Positions 25,095-26,208 of a stretch of 26,208 nucleotides of DNA are shown here, in pieces (positions within the stretch are counted from its first letter, which is position 1; each line of letters starts with the position of its first letter). Both the position numbers and the translations under genes were made by a program. Source of the DNA: a virus (lineage: Duplodnaviria > Caudoviricetes); IMG/VR virus record IMGVR_UViG_3300022909_000101, positions 1 to 26,208 of that record; one strand, written 5' to 3'. The notes beneath the pieces were generated by a model. It saw nothing but the letters and a program-made list of their open reading frames with translations, was not told the origin of the DNA and did no database searches.

Positions 25095-25561
25095 AAAGTC
25101 TTTAAGTGATCTTCAGTAAGGATTACAAACTTCATATCACGTTTTAAACACCAGGCGTAGGCGGTACTCCACTTACGCCTGTTTTTTTCATAAGTCAACA
25201 ATGCGTTTTTATAAGTACGACTTTCTCGTAAAGGTTTTTTAGGTTTACGAGTTTGTGCTTTTGGTTTAATTTCAACAATAAATTTTTTAAATGTACCGTT
25301 TGATTGCCTAACTTTCATATAGAAATCAGGAAAGTATCTATGCGGCCTATCATCAATAGAACGATAGTAAATTGCTATTTCTTCACTACCCCATTCTAAT
25401 ACATCTTTATTTTTATCACAATAACCCATAAAACGTTTCTCCCAACTAGACCTATAAATAATATTGTTTACATTACCTTTATATTTTTGTGGGTTCAAAG
25501 GCTTAAATATACCTGAATATGGCCGTTTGTCTGGATTAGTTAACTTCTTAATCTTCTTCAT
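25091..25561 (-). CDS. gp4: Head completion nuclease (T4 gp4-like, TnsA-like)
   Basis: KYKGN..NIIYRSSWE, WGSEE, HRYFPDF, EIKP, ILTEDHL; start at ATG 25561. Confidence 0.9.
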   Translation of the reverse strand: MKKIKKLTNPDKRPYSGIFKPLNPQKYKGNVNNIIYRSSWEKRFMGYCDKNKDVLEWGSEEIAIYYRSIDDRPHRYFPDFYMKVRQSNGTFKKFIVEIKPKAQTRKPKKPLRESRTYKNALLTYEKNRRKWSTAYAWCLKRDMKFVILTEDHLKTF

Positions 25562-25566
25562 AAATC

Positions 25567-25587
25567 TATTTATTTCTAACATAAATA
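25567..25587. promoter_or_regulatory. Back-to-back late promoters for gp4 and gp2
   Basis: AATAAATA on the minus strand (25567-25574) and CATAAATA on the plus strand (25580-25587), each 6 nt from an ATG. Confidence 0.6.
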
Positions 25588-25592
25588 GTAGT

Positions 25593-26147
25593 ATGGCAAG
25601 CGTATTTGATAGAATCAAAGTAAAGGCAGGCGATAGTGATAGATCGGCTACATGGTATAGAACACAAGTAAATAAAATTGCTAGTGGTACTACAGCAGGT
25701 CAATTATTCAGACAAGGTAAACTTAACGGTAGACCTAGTGTAGGACGATTGAACTTATTTGGGTATAACCCTAAATTTAGAAAGACTTTACCGTACTACG
25801 ATATATTTCCTTTAGTGTTGCCATTAGAACCAATATCAGGTGGATTTATGGGTATGAACTTTCACTATCTACCGCCGTTGTTGAGATTTAGACTATTAGA
25901 GCGTATGCAGGCAACTGCTACAGATCAACGATTTGATAGTAAAACAAAATTTGATGTAACTTATGATGATGTAAAAAGAATTAAAATTGTAAAACCAACA
26001 ATTAAAAAGTATTTGTATTCGTATGTACAAACAGGATTTTTAAGAATAAATGCAGACGAAGCTGCAACAGCGATATACTTGCCAGTACAAAGATTTAAAA
26101 AAGCAAGTGAAGCACAAGTTTATTCAGACAGTAGGAGATTTATTTAA
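25593..26147 (+). CDS. gp2: DNA end protector protein (T4 gp2-like)
   Basis: LPYYDIFPLV, GMNFHYLPP, PTIKKYL; divergent from gp4. Confidence 0.9.
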   Translation: MASVFDRIKVKAGDSDRSATWYRTQVNKIASGTTAGQLFRQGKLNGRPSVGRLNLFGYNPKFRKTLPYYDIFPLVLPLEPISGGFMGMNFHYLPPLLRFRLLERMQATATDQRFDSKTKFDVTYDDVKRIKIVKPTIKKYLYSYVQTGFLRINADEAATAIYLPVQRFKKASEAQVYSDSRRFI

Positions 26148-26208
26148 TGTCATTAATTAGTGTCGGTAAAAAGATAGGTGATTTAGATATACGTTTAGGT
26201 ATACCACC
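26147..26208 (+). CDS. Start of next gene (truncated; possibly tail/baseplate by synteny)
   Basis: TAATG coupling; MSLISVGKKIGDLDIRLGIP... Confidence 0.5.
   Translation, partial: MSLISVGKKIGDLDIRLGIP

Noticed and set aside
25464-25618. Long overlapping N-termini of gp2 and gp4 as given in the ORF track
   Set aside because: ATG starts at 25593 and 25561 remove the overlap and fit the back-to-back late promoters.
1-26208. CRISPR array, integrase or transposase
   Set aside because: No regularly spaced repeats or recombinase motifs were seen. The exonuclease at 18961 lacks the Cas4 Fe-S cysteine pattern and has no cas context.

Overview
An AT-rich (roughly 30% GC by eye), almost entirely plus-strand segment of a T4-like myophage genome. 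The host is most likely a marine alphaproteobacterium such as SAR11/Pelagibacterales; this is inferred from composition, alphaproteobacterial-type regulatory sites and a permuted tmRNA. Core T4-like genes are primase gp61, nrdA/nrdB, a RuvC-like resolvase, glutaredoxin, a PD-(D/E)xK exonuclease, gp33, gp59, gp32, gp4 and gp2. They flank a ~13 kb accessory region encoding lipoproteins, a 2H phosphoesterase, a SprT-like protease, GH73 and M15A peptidoglycan hydrolases, a pyrimidine-dimer glycosylase and a ferritin-like protein. The window starts in the 3' end of a class III nucleotide cyclase. The most notable non-coding signals are: (1) a complete circularly permuted (two-piece, alphaproteobacterial-type) tmRNA gene with tag ANNLAMAA; (2) three perfect alphaproteobacterial LexA/SOS boxes (GAAC-N7-GAAC) upstream of three related sigma70 promoters that head accessory operons; (3) a recurring leaderless-mRNA layout at both early and late promoters; (4) several structured intergenic RNA candidates. 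All calls come from reading motifs by eye; no database searches were run.
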